Virus record (IMG/VR): IMGVR_UViG_3300044711_000027
Location: 1 to 46,612 of that record
From: a virus
Lineage: Duplodnaviria > Caudoviricetes
DNA length: 46,612 bases
Direction: 5' to 3' (one strand)
The notes beneath the pieces were generated by a model. That model searched no databases, was not told the origin of the DNA, and worked only from the letters and a program-made list of their open reading frames with translations. Positions within the stretch are counted from its first letter, which is position 1. Each line of letters begins with the position of its first letter. Below are positions 36,735 through 44,657 of the stretch, piece after piece. The translations under genes and the position numbers were made by a program.

Positions 36735-37022
36735 GAAAATGTGAACGCCACAGATTATCCATTGGCCGCAAATCGCTCAGAGGAACAACAGCAAATTCAA
36801 ATACTTGCGGGTATAGCGGGGATCCAGCAGGAGGATCTAGAACATCCTCCTGGAGGCTCCGGGACACACGCGAACACACACAGTTGATGCAAGAAACCGC
36901 TGCGGCACAGCCACTTCTCACACCAGGACACTCGCCTAGTCTCCAGCACTCACAACCACCGCTAGCTAATTATTTGTCAGTGGATTGCCAGTCTGGCTAG
37001 AGTGTGGATCCCAAATGGATCC
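36712..37022. other. Putative attP
   Basis: Lies between xis and int; CAGGAGGAT-N7-ATCCTCCTG at 36828-36852; TGGATCC repeats at 36712, 37005 and 37016. Confidence 0.55.
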
Positions 37023-37039
37023 ACAAAGCGAGGACTGAA

Positions 37040-38341
37040 ATGTTTGACGGAAAGCTGAAGGAAAAAGACCTGACCACCCTGCCGTGCGGCAAGAGCCCCA
37101 CCACCGGCAAGCTGGTCGATGCCGAGCACAATGACGGCGGCAAGCTCTATCTGGTCGTCCCGGCGCCAGGCAAAGGCAACCGCCGCTGGGTCTTCAAGTT
37201 TCGCTGGCCCGACGAGGCCGGCGTGCTGCAGAACAAGCGGATGGGTCTCGGCTTGCTGGAGATGGTCGGCCTGCAGCGCGCCCGCGAGCTGGCCTTCGAG
37301 GCCCGCAAGGTGCTGTTCGACGGGTTCAATCCGATGGACCCCACCCACCGCCCTGGCGCGCCAAAGGTCGCCAAGCACACCCCCACCTTCAAGGAATTTT
37401 GCGCCAGGATCCGCGAGCGCAGCATCCGGGGACTGAGCAAAAAAGCCACCCAACGCTGGGACCGTGGCGTCAACACCTACGCCCTGCCGCTGCACGATCT
37501 GCGGATGGAGACCATCACCCGGCATGAGGTTCAGGCCTGCCTGGATCCGATCTGGACTACGATCCCGGTCGCCGCCAAGCGGTTCCAGACCCAGCTCTCC
37601 GACATCTTCAAGACCGCCATGGCGGCTGAGGTGTTCCCGGAGGACAAGCGCAACCCGGCCGATTACGACCTCATGAAGAAGCTGCTGGGCGACCAGGGCC
37701 ACGTCACCGTCTCGCACAAGTCGCTGCCCTACAAGCTGCTGCCTGCCGCCTGGCAGCGCCTGATCGCGATCGACAGCACCTCGGCGCTGTCCGCGATGTT
37801 CACCATCCTGACCGGCGTCCGCACCGGCGAGGCGATCCAGGCGCAATGGGACCAGTTCTCCGACTGGGACCAGGATGACGTCAGCCAGGCGAAATGGGAG
37901 ATCCCCGGCAAGGTGATGAAGAACGGCAACCAGGCCAACATCCCGCTGTCACGCCAGGCAATCGCCATCCTGGTCGAGATGCGCCGCCGCCGGGGTTTCG
38001 AGGGCCACAGCTCGGCCTTCGTGTTCCCCGGCCGCAACTGGCGCAAATCGCAGGGTGAGACCACGCTGCTCGACGTGCTGCAGCGCCAGGCCAAGCTCGA
38101 CACCACCACCCACGGTTTCCGCACCACGTTCCGCAGCTGGGGCGGCGACCAGAAGGGTATCGAGCGCGAGGTGCTGGAACACTGCATCCACCACATCCTC
38201 GGTGACGACAGCGAGATGGTCTACAACAAGGCTGACCAGTGGGAGAAACGCCAGGAGGTGCTGCAGCTGTGGGCCGACTACGTCACCGACACGGTCGCCC
38301 CCAGGACGGTCGCCAAGGCTGACCTCCGACTGGTCGCATAA
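37040..38341 (+). CDS. int: Tyrosine integrase, P4-like with arm-binding domain
   Basis: DGGKLYL..W.F.F...MGLG arm domain; catalytic R (GVRTGE), K (MKNG), HGFR, H and Y (VYNK). Confidence 0.93.
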   Translation: MFDGKLKEKDLTTLPCGKSPTTGKLVDAEHNDGGKLYLVVPAPGKGNRRWVFKFRWPDEAGVLQNKRMGLGLLEMVGLQRARELAFEARKVLFDGFNPMDPTHRPGAPKVAKHTPTFKEFCARIRERSIRGLSKKATQRWDRGVNTYALPLHDLRMETITRHEVQACLDPIWTTIPVAAKRFQTQLSDIFKTAMAAEVFPEDKRNPADYDLMKKLLGDQGHVTVSHKSLPYKLLPAAWQRLIAIDSTSALSAMFTILTGVRTGEAIQAQWDQFSDWDQDDVSQAKWEIPGKVMKNGNQANIPLSRQAIAILVEMRRRRGFEGHSSAFVFPGRNWRKSQGETTLLDVLQRQAKLDTTTHGFRTTFRSWGGDQKGIEREVLEHCIHHILGDDSEMVYNKADQWEKRQEVLQLWADYVTDTVAPRTVAKADLRLVA

Positions 38342-38389
38342 AAATTATTTGTTCCCCGCGCCTGGTGAGACCAGGTGACGCTCAACGAC

Positions 38390-38421
38390 AAACCCGGCCC
38401 AGGTGGCCGGGTTTACTTTTT
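38390..38421 (+). terminator. Rho-independent terminator after int
   Basis: AAACCCGGCC-CAGGT-GGCCGGGTTT followed by ACTTTTT. Confidence 0.8.
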
Positions 38422-38471
38422 CTGAACCCTGGGGAAGGTTTCGGTCGGGGCCAAGACCAGGCGCACCGCCA

Positions 38472-38861
38472 ATGCCGATCACCCGCATCCTGATCCTGTC
38501 CGCAGCCGCCTGGGCAGCTGCCGGCATCGCCGCAGGCACACTGCGCACCACCCAGGAAACCGCACCAGCGCCCGCCCTGGAGTCGACAGGCCCGGTCCTG
38601 GCGGCGATCGAGCTGAAGGCAGATCGGGAGCCGCTGGCGCCCCAGGGCAAGATCCTGGACCGCTGGCCGGAGCTGGCCACCGCCCTGGTCGTCCAGGATC
38701 CGCCGGCACCGGTCACGGTGGAGGAGGCGGCGGTGTGGCCTCAATTGGAACCGAAAAAATTAACACGCCACCGCCAGGCCGGCGATCGGGTGTGCGGCGC
38801 CAGGGGCCGGCACTGGTACACCCGCCGCCATGGCTGGCGTTACTGGAGGTGCAACCGATGA
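38472..38861 (+). CDS. Exported or membrane-anchored hypothetical protein
   Basis: Signal-like N-terminus; C-terminal VC...W..WRC. Confidence 0.55.
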   Translation: MPITRILILSAAAWAAAGIAAGTLRTTQETAPAPALESTGPVLAAIELKADREPLAPQGKILDRWPELATALVVQDPPAPVTVEEAAVWPQLEPKKLTRHRQAGDRVCGARGRHWYTRRHGWRYWRCNR

Positions 38862-39190
38862 CCGTCACCAGGAGCAAGAACACCCGCTGCCCGATCTGCC
38901 GCGCCAGGCACAGCCGGATCGCCGCCGTTGCCGACGATGACGACAGCGCGCCCAAGGACGGTGACGTCTCGATGTGCTTCAGCTGCGGCGCCTGGCTGAT
39001 CCTCGACAGCTACGAGCCCGGTGGTCTGCGCAAACCCAACGCCGCCGAGAGGGCCGAGCTGGCCCAGGACAGCCGCCTGGCCGAGCTGCACGCCGCCTGG
39101 GAGACCCACGGACAGCGTGGCAAAAATGACACAAAAGGCATACAACCTGCCGGCGAGCACGATGCAAAATCCAACCGAAAAAAGGGCTAG
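38858..39190 (+). CDS. Zinc-binding hypothetical protein
   Basis: CPIC...PKDGDVSMCFSCG; GGAGG SD; ATGA coupling. Confidence 0.65.
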   Translation: MTVTRSKNTRCPICRARHSRIAAVADDDDSAPKDGDVSMCFSCGAWLILDSYEPGGLRKPNAAERAELAQDSRLAELHAAWETHGQRGKNDTKGIQPAGEHDAKSNRKKG

Positions 39191-39366
39191 ATTGCATTAG
39201 AGAGTCACTGGTGCGTTATTTTTGGAAATCCGATATGAGACTAGTCGGAAATTATCGCCCCTCAGCGGGCTCCCTAGCGTGTCAAGTCGGACTTTTCTCA
39301 TCCTATAGTCTAAGATCGGACCAGTCCGACCTGCGACCTTCTGACTCACCAGTGTTTTTACCTGGA

Positions 39367-39404
39367 TAGTCCGAGTTGACACTAGTCCGATCTGAGACTA
39401 GACC
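39367..39404 (+). promoter_or_regulatory. Repeated promoter/operator, copy 1
   Basis: TTGACA-ctagtccgatctgagac-TAGACC; 32 of 34 bases identical to copy 2. Confidence 0.75.
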
Positions 39405-39453
39405 TGGTGACGGGTTCGGCATCCCGCCGCGCCACCTTTTGGAGACCGCCACC

Positions 39454-39816
39454 ATGGCAAAGACCACCTACATCGTCCGTCACAACGGCACCGTCGTCGG
39501 CACCCGCAAGAGCGATCGCACCTACACCCACGCTATCGTCTGCGCCCAGACCAGCGAGGCAGCCTACAGCCACGGCAAGCCGGACGCGCCGGATGCGCCG
39601 CACGTCGCCGCCTTCTGCGGACGCCTCGACCTGGCCCGCGCCCAGGTGGCCAAGCTGGCGCCCTACTTCCACGTCGTCGAGATCGTGCCGGTCGAGATCC
39701 AGGCGCCGAAGGCAAGGCGGAAACCCAGGATCGTGGTGGGCAGGATCAGGCTGGCCACCTCCTTCAACAACATCCTGGCCGACGCCGGCATGGGCAAGAT
39801 GTTCAAAGGCGAATAG
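39454..39816 (+). CDS. Hypothetical protein
   Basis: GGAG SD; MAKTTYIV...TRKSDRTYTHA. Confidence 0.7.
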   Translation: MAKTTYIVRHNGTVVGTRKSDRTYTHAIVCAQTSEAAYSHGKPDAPDAPHVAAFCGRLDLARAQVAKLAPYFHVVEIVPVEIQAPKARRKPRIVVGRIRLATSFNNILADAGMGKMFKGE

Positions 39817-39851
39817 TCCGACTTGACACTAGTCTGATCTGAGACTACAAG
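39814..39851 (+). promoter_or_regulatory. Repeated promoter/operator, copy 2
   Basis: TTGACA-ctagtctgatctgagac-TACAAG. Confidence 0.75.
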
Positions 39852-39888
39852 ATCTCCACGGTCGCTGATGACCGCTGGAGATCTTGTC

Positions 39889-40674
39889 ATGTTGAAGCTG
39901 CCCGCCAACGTCGCCGCCCTGGTCGCTCAGAACGCCCTGTTCGTCGTCAACCACTCCGGCGGCAAGGACAGCCAGGCGATGATGATCGAGGTTCTCAAGG
40001 TCATCCCGCGCGACCAGATCATCGTCGTCCACGCCTCGCTCGGCGACGTCGAGTGGAAGGGTGCCCTGGAGCTGGCCGAGAAGCAGGCCGCCGATGCCGG
40101 CGTGCCCTTCCTGGTCGCCCGCGCCGCCAAGTCGTTCCTGGACATGGTCGAGACCCGCTTCGCCACCCGCCCCGGCGTGCCGTCGTTCCCGTCGAGCAAG
40201 AACCGCCAGTGCAACAGCGACCTCAAGCGCGACCCGATCGCCAAGGTGCTGCGTGCCTACGTCGCCAAGAGCGGCCACAGCGTGATCGTCAACTGCGTCG
40301 GCGTGCGCGCTGCCGAGAGCAGCTCCCGCAGCAAGGCGCCGACCTGGAAGCAGTGCAACCGCATGACCACCCAGGCCCGCACCGTGTACGAGTGGCTGCC
40401 GATCCACACCATGTCGACCGCCGACGTGTTCGCCACGATCGCCGCCGCCGGCCAGGAGCCGCACTACGCCTATGCCCTGGGCAACCAGCGCCTGTCCTGC
40501 GTGTTCTGCATCATGGGTTCGAAGAACGACCTGGCCTTGGGCGCCAAGCACAATCCCGAGCTGTTCGCCCGCTACGTCGAGCTGGAAGAGCGCACTGGCT
40601 ACACCATGCACATGAGCCGCAAGTCGCTGACCGAGCTGGTCGCCGACGCTGCCGATTTCGCCATCGCCGCCTGA
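39889..40674 (+). CDS. PAPS-reductase-family (PP-loop) protein
   Basis: HSGGKDS, C...LKR.PI, GVRAAES..R and RLSCVFC. Confidence 0.85.
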   Translation: MLKLPANVAALVAQNALFVVNHSGGKDSQAMMIEVLKVIPRDQIIVVHASLGDVEWKGALELAEKQAADAGVPFLVARAAKSFLDMVETRFATRPGVPSFPSSKNRQCNSDLKRDPIAKVLRAYVAKSGHSVIVNCVGVRAAESSSRSKAPTWKQCNRMTTQARTVYEWLPIHTMSTADVFATIAAAGQEPHYAYALGNQRLSCVFCIMGSKNDLALGAKHNPELFARYVELEERTGYTMHMSRKSLTELVADAADFAIAA

Positions 40675-40700
40675 TCAACCCTCAACCTGGAGAAATAAAA

Positions 40701-40919
40701 ATGCGCGTTCAGATCCCCACCTACACCGACCGCTGGATGATGGGTGACCGCTACGGCGACGTCACCAAGGTCTCCCGGCAGCGCCCCAGGCACGCGGTGC
40801 GCGCCGCCCTGCTGACGCGGGACCGCTTCGCCGCCGATCGCGAGATCGCCCACGTCCTGCTCGACAAGTCGGGCAAGACGGTGCGCGTCATCCTGGATGA
40901 CTGCACCCTGGTGGATTGA
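40701..40919 (+). CDS. Small beta-rich phage protein
   Basis: GGAG SD; MRVQIPTYTDRWMMGDRYGDV. Confidence 0.7.
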   Translation: MRVQIPTYTDRWMMGDRYGDVTKVSRQRPRHAVRAALLTRDRFAADREIAHVLLDKSGKTVRVILDDCTLVD

Positions 40920-40944
40920 CACTGGTCCGAAATCGGACTAGGTA
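40916..40944 (+). promoter_or_regulatory. Repeated promoter/operator, copy 3
   Basis: TTGACA-ctggtccgaaatcggac-TAGGTA; the spacer is the palindrome GTCCGA-AA-TCGGAC. Confidence 0.7.
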
Positions 40945-40992
40945 GGGGTCGGGTCGCTGGTGACCCGGCCCTTTTTTCTTTTGGAGACGACC

Positions 40993-41211
40993 ATGATCGC
41001 ACGTTCAAAGACCGGCAAGTTTCTGCGCAAGCCGACCGCCGAAGACATCGCTGCCGACCAGCGCGCCGACGCCATGCGCGCTGAACTCCGGGCCGCGCAG
41101 GCCAAGGTCGATGCCGATCGCCACGCTGCGATGGACGTTTTCCACAAGGGGTATCATCCCGACGATGCTGCCTCGATGCAGCAGTGGCTCGCCAGGAAGG
41201 CGAGGGACTGA
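40993..41211 (+). CDS. Hypothetical protein
   Basis: GGAG SD; 72 aa. Confidence 0.65.
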   Translation: MIARSKTGKFLRKPTAEDIAADQRADAMRAELRAAQAKVDADRHAAMDVFHKGYHPDDAASMQQWLARKARD

Positions 41212-41213
41212 TC

Positions 41214-41399
41214 ATGTCTAAGAGAGATTTCCTCGCCGCCATCGCGCGGCTCGGCTACACGCCGCACAACGCCCATGAGCTGCTCGGCATCGCGCGCTCG
41301 ACCTGCTTCCGCATCGCCAACGGTGAGAGCAAGGTGCCGCCGGTGGTCAGCAAGCTGCTGCAGATGTACGAGCTGCACGGCGTGCCTGGGGAGAGCTAA
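41214..41399 (+). CDS. Small HTH regulator
   Basis: AIARLGYT...AHELLGIARST.FRIANGESKVP. Confidence 0.7.
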   Translation: MSKRDFLAAIARLGYTPHNAHELLGIARSTCFRIANGESKVPPVVSKLLQMYELHGVPGES

Positions 41400-41602
41400 G
41401 TTTTCCTGCGCGAAGGTTGGCGAGCTGAAAAAATTTTGGGGCGGGCAAACAGTTGCCCGCCTTTTTCTTTGTAATCGTATTCGTCCATCGTCGGACCTGG
41501 GCAGCTGCAGTCGGCGTAATCGATGCCGCACAGCGGACAGTTGCCGTCCTCGTCGCAGTCGGCGGCGAACACCACCTGGCGCCATGGTGGTCGCTTAGTC
41601 AC
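41396..41602 (-). CDS. Small Cys-rich protein at the end of the late operon
   Basis: C-x5-CPLC-x6-CSCPGP; GTG start overlaps the preceding stop. Confidence 0.55.
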   Translation of the reverse strand: MTKRPPWRQVVFAADCDEDGNCPLCGIDYADCSCPGPTMDEYDYKEKGGQLFARPKIFSARQPSRRKT

Positions 41603-44600
41603 CGCCGAAGCTAAAGCCTCCCAGGCCGCTGAAACCACCGCCATCAAAGCCGCCATCGAAACCGCCACCCGACCAGCCACCCCAGCCTCCCATGCTCGGC
41701 CCGTCCCAGCCCCATTGCCTGAGCTGGTCGAACGGGATCGGCGACATCGCCGGCTGTTGCGTCAGCGGCGTCGACAGCGGCGCGCCCTGCACCGGCTGCA
41801 CCGGCATCAACCCGGCCATGGCGATCGGGTTGCCCTGGCTGGCTCCGGCCGTCATCATCGGTGCGCTGCCGGCCGGCGGCGTCATTGCCCCCTGGGGACC
41901 GCCAGACGAGACCGGTCCACCAGGCGCGCCAGGCGCCGGTGGTGCCACGTCGACCGGCAGCACCGGCTGGGCCTCGGCGGGGATCGGCGCCATCCCTGGT
42001 GCCCGCTCCTGATCCTTGAACACGTTCTGCAGGGCCTTGGCGATCTCCGGCGTCATCGCCGGTTGCTGGCCCTGCGGTTGCTGGCTGATCTGCTGCGCCT
42101 CCTGCTGATGCAGCGCCTCGGCCGCAGCGCCGGCCTGCTCGATGGTGTCGTGCTTGCCCAGGTGGCTGCCTGTGTCGCGATACTGCTGCCGCGCCTGGTC
42201 GTCGGTCATGATCCGACCGTCCGGTGACACGGTCGGGACGTTGACCTCCTTGCCACCCTCGTTGATGCCGATCGTCCGCACCGTCTGGATGTTGCCCTGC
42301 GCATCCTGCACCGCCGGCTGGCTGCCAGGGTCGAGCGTGCCCTTCACCTCGCCTGGCGCAGCGTCGGGTCGCGGCGCCGGCATCGGCACCGCCCCCGGCG
42401 TCCGCGCCCTGGCGCTGAAGTCGGTGGCGCCTGACGTGCCGGCATCGCTCCGCTTGCCAGGTGCCGGCGGCTCGGCGATTGCCTTGTCGAAGTCGGCCGG
42501 CGTCACGCCCAGCTTGCCCAGGTGTGGCGCGATGCCGGACTTGATCTGGCCACCGACCAGGGGCGTGCCGATCGCCTGGCGCAGCGTCTTGTCACCGATG
42601 AAGCCAGGCACCTGGCTGGCCTGGTCGGGCGCGAACTGCCGCACCAGGTCGTTGACCCTGGTGTCCAAGATCTTGTGCGCGGCTGCCATCCCGGTCGGCG
42701 GCGCCGGCCTTGGAGCTGGCGCCGGAGCTGCCGGCGGTGGCGGTGGGGCCGGTGGCGGTGGAGGCACCGCTGCCGGGGCTGGCGAGGGCGCTGGTGCGGC
42801 CGGCGGCGCCGCCGGCTGTATCGCTGCCACCGCTGACGCAGGCGCTGCAGGGGCCGGCGCAGGCGCTGCAGGACCGGCTGCCGGGAACTGAGCCGGGGCC
42901 GGCTCGGCGCCGTAGGTTTGGACGGCATCTCCAAGCCACCCAGGAGGCTGCCCAGGGGCCTGCCCTGACGCCGGTGCCTGAGAGCCTGGCGCCGCAGCGG
43001 ACGCACCACCGGCGCGCGGATCCTGTTTGCCACCCCAATCCTGGGCGGCGGTCGTTCCCTGGTCTTTTTTGTAATAATTCGGATCCCGGAACGCCTGGGC
43101 CTCCTGCTCTCGCCGGATGGTCAGGCCTCGCAGCGGATGCTTGCCGCTGGCGTCGGTGACCTTGTCGTATTGCTTGAAGATCTGTTCGGCCTCGGACCAG
43201 TTGCCGGCCTTCACCGCCTCGGCGAGACCAGTGCCGGCGATTGCCTTGCCGCCGGTGTTGAAGGCCAGCGAGGCGAGCGAGTTGCGGATTGCTGGCGGCG
43301 TGTTCGGGTTGAGCGCGTCGATCGTCGCCAGGTGCTTGCCCAGCTCGGCGTTCATCTCGGCGCGGGCCTCGGGCTCGGTGATGCTGGTGCGGCCATTGGC
43401 GGCGGTGCCGTAGCCGATGTTGCTGGTGCCATAATCGGCGAACGCATTGGGCGTGAAGTTTTCCTTCTTCGCCACCCAGGCCGACAGCTCCGGCGGCACG
43501 CCGGCCGCATGCGGACCACCGGCAGCAGACGCCTCGCTCGGGATCGGAGCGCGGACACCTGGCGCCGTGGTCTGCGTGCCGAAGCCGGTGTCGTATGGGC
43601 GCGTAGCAAAGCTGGGCGCCGGACGACCGGCGAGACCACCGCCAGGCTGCAGGCCAGGAAACAGCCGCGCCTGCGCTGGCGAGAGACCGTCCTTCCAGGA
43701 TCCGCCAGCCATGCCGACACGCTGTCCGGCCAGGTCATGGTGCATGATGTCCTGGGCGCCGTAGTGTCCTTTGGGGCCGGAGAAATAGCCGCCCCAGCGA
43801 TGCTGTGCAGCAAGGTCGGGATGCCTGGCCTCCAGGTACTGATGAAAGCCGTTGGCGTAATCCTGATATGCGGAAAAAATTTTGGGGTCGTTGACCTGGT
43901 AGTTCGGCAGCGCCGTTCCGGTCTTGCGATCGACCAGCTGCATGTCGACGGCGTTGCCGGCGCCGTGCTCGCGCGGATCTCCGGCACGCTTGCCGGAGGT
44001 GAACGTCACCGAATAAGGACCGCCCTGATCCTGGTAGATCTTTGAGTATTCCTGGATGGCCTGCGCGAACTGAGGATTGACGCCGGCCAGGTTGCGGCCA
44101 GGCGCCACCGTGCCGCCCGCTGCCGGCGCCGCGCCATGCTCGGCCTGGTAGGCCTGGGCCGCAGGCATGCCAGGCATCGCCTTCGACGCATCGACCGGTT
44201 GCTGCAGGCCGGGGATGGCCTGCACAGCTGTCGGCCCTGCCTGGGGTCGCGCCATGGTGCGCCCTGCCCGCGCACGATCGGCCAGGCTCGCGCCGCCTGG
44301 CGCCGGTGGCGACGGGCTGCCGCGCTGCTGCGTCTGCTGCAGCCGCTTCAGCAGATCCCGCAGACCACCGGCGTTGGGGCCACCCAGGATATCGCTGATG
44401 ACTCCGGCAACACCGGGATCGTCATGCCACTGCGATGTACCAGGCGCCGACACCCTACCTTGCATCATCGGTGCCTGGAGAGGCGGCGGCTCCTTGACGT
44501 TCACGCCCTTGGGCGGCGCCATCTGGAACAGACCCACCTGCTCGGGTGTGATCGCAGCGTTGCCCAGGTTGAACGGGTTTTTGCCGGACAGCAATCGCTG

Positions 44601-44657
44601 CCGGATCAGCTCACGTTCCTGCGCCTGCTCATCGAGGTACGCCACCTGGGCCTCCAC
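41595..44657 (-). CDS. Virion-associated multi-domain peptidoglycan hydrolase (peptidase M15-like plus GH24 lysozyme)
   Basis: TSGKR..H..GNAVD...WGG.F...D.MH; KENF...IGYG...AFNTG...GLTIRR..E. Confidence 0.8.
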   Translation of the reverse strand: MEAQVAYLDEQAQERELIRQRLLSGKNPFNLGNAAITPEQVGLFQMAPPKGVNVKEPPPLQAPMMQGRVSAPGTSQWHDDPGVAGVISDILGGPNAGGLRDLLKRLQQTQQRGSPSPPAPGGASLADRARAGRTMARPQAGPTAVQAIPGLQQPVDASKAMPGMPAAQAYQAEHGAAPAAGGTVAPGRNLAGVNPQFAQAIQEYSKIYQDQGGPYSVTFTSGKRAGDPREHGAGNAVDMQLVDRKTGTALPNYQVNDPKIFSAYQDYANGFHQYLEARHPDLAAQHRWGGYFSGPKGHYGAQDIMHHDLAGQRVGMAGGSWKDGLSPAQARLFPGLQPGGGLAGRPAPSFATRPYDTGFGTQTTAPGVRAPIPSEASAAGGPHAAGVPPELSAWVAKKENFTPNAFADYGTSNIGYGTAANGRTSITEPEARAEMNAELGKHLATIDALNPNTPPAIRNSLASLAFNTGGKAIAGTGLAEAVKAGNWSEAEQIFKQYDKVTDASGKHPLRGLTIRREQEAQAFRDPNYYKKDQGTTAAQDWGGKQDPRAGGASAAAPGSQAPASGQAPGQPPGWLGDAVQTYGAEPAPAQFPAAGPAAPAPAPAAPASAVAAIQPAAPPAAPAPSPAPAAVPPPPPAPPPPPAAPAPAPRPAPPTGMAAAHKILDTRVNDLVRQFAPDQASQVPGFIGDKTLRQAIGTPLVGGQIKSGIAPHLGKLGVTPADFDKAIAEPPAPGKRSDAGTSGATDFSARARTPGAVPMPAPRPDAAPGEVKGTLDPGSQPAVQDAQGNIQTVRTIGINEGGKEVNVPTVSPDGRIMTDDQARQQYRDTGSHLGKHDTIEQAGAAAEALHQQEAQQISQQPQGQQPAMTPEIAKALQNVFKDQERAPGMAPIPAEAQPVLPVDVAPPAPGAPGGPVSSGGPQGAMTPPAGSAPMMTAGASQGNPIAMAGLMPVQPVQGAPLSTPLTQQPAMSPIPFDQLRQWGWDGPSMGGWGGWSGGGFDGGFDGGGFSGLGGFSFGGD

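Noticed and set aside
36780-36900. tRNA or tRNA fragment at attP
   Set aside because: No cloverleaf and no convincing TTCGAATC...CCA end could be built
39227-40944. CRISPR-like array
   Set aside because: The repeats are irregularly spaced by whole genes and contain promoter hexamers; no cas genes
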